This document shows, one piece after another, positions 45,515-45,751 of a stretch of DNA of 45,751 bases. The position numbers and the translations under genes were made by a program. The notes beneath the pieces are model-generated. The model worked only from the letters and a program-made list of their open reading frames with translations. It made no database searches and was not told the origin of the DNA. The stretch is from a virus (Duplodnaviria; Caudoviricetes), in IMG/VR virus record IMGVR_UViG_3300048852_000125, positions 1 through 45,751 of that record; one strand, given 5' to 3'. Positions within the stretch are counted from its first letter, which is position 1, and every line of letters begins with the position of its first letter.

Positions 45515-45751
45515 TCAGAGCATCATGGCAGCGAGCGCAACCTCGCTGGTCGGCGCATACTGACGCGACTCGAAAAGCCTGCGCTCCTCCTCCTCCGGCT
45601 CCCTCACCATCATCGCATCCCGCTCGGGCGCGTGTGGGTTGCCGAAGAGCATCATTGCAGCGATGCCTCGTGCTCGGCCTGCATCTGTCGCCGCAATAGC
45701 CAAGCGGCTGCTCGCATGCTCGATCACAAAAAGCTGATGGCCGGGGATCAT
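45515..45751 (-). CDS. Hypothetical protein at the window edge
   Basis: 78-aa ORF; upstream context not visible. Confidence 0.45.
   Translation of the reverse strand: MIPGHQLFVIEHASSRLAIAATDAGRARGIAAMMLFGNPHAPERDAMMVREPEEEERRLFESRQYAPTSEVALAAMML

Larger units (their letters stand above)
1..45751. mobile_element. Lambda-like temperate prophage, probably defective; boundaries/att sites not inside the window
   Basis: Integrase, immunity, replication, packaging, head, tail and lysis modules in lambdoid order. Confidence 0.95.

Overview
The window is a lambda-like (cos/GpA terminase, gpE-type capsid) temperate prophage, most likely from a GC-rich alphaproteobacterium. The host is inferred from the LexA-type HTH, the GapR-like domain and the SOS-box type. 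No att site is visible. Gene order: integrase/xis and a leftward recombination operon (1-8164); an OL-like operator pair; about 7.3 kb of cargo wedged between PL and the repressor (membrane proteins, an RTX-type protein, an HNH + TcmP + DUF5131 trio, a secreted non-specific nuclease); the repressor/cro switch with three operators; a rightward replication/regulation operon (LuxR, GapR-like/RMF-like fusion, RuvC, helicase, DUF1376 initiator with internal iterons, LexA-like HTH, NusG); then holin, cos, head, tail and lysis genes, an antirepressor, and an anti-phage dCTP deaminase at the right end. The element looks structurally defective: there is an amber stop in the major capsid gene and a deletion fusing the tape measure to a tail-tip gene, while the defence-type cargo is intact. 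Main points of interest: (i) an MT-A70 methyltransferase whose core is replaced by an antisense HNH gene while the host frame stays open and coupled at both ends, with a similar arrangement around an SRA-HNH gene; (ii) a candidate HNH-TcmP-DUF5131 modification/restriction module; (iii) a possible SOS circuit made of a non-cleavable repressor, an SOS-box-preceded small convergent ORF and a phage LexA mimic. All family calls come from motif recognition by eye; no searches were run.
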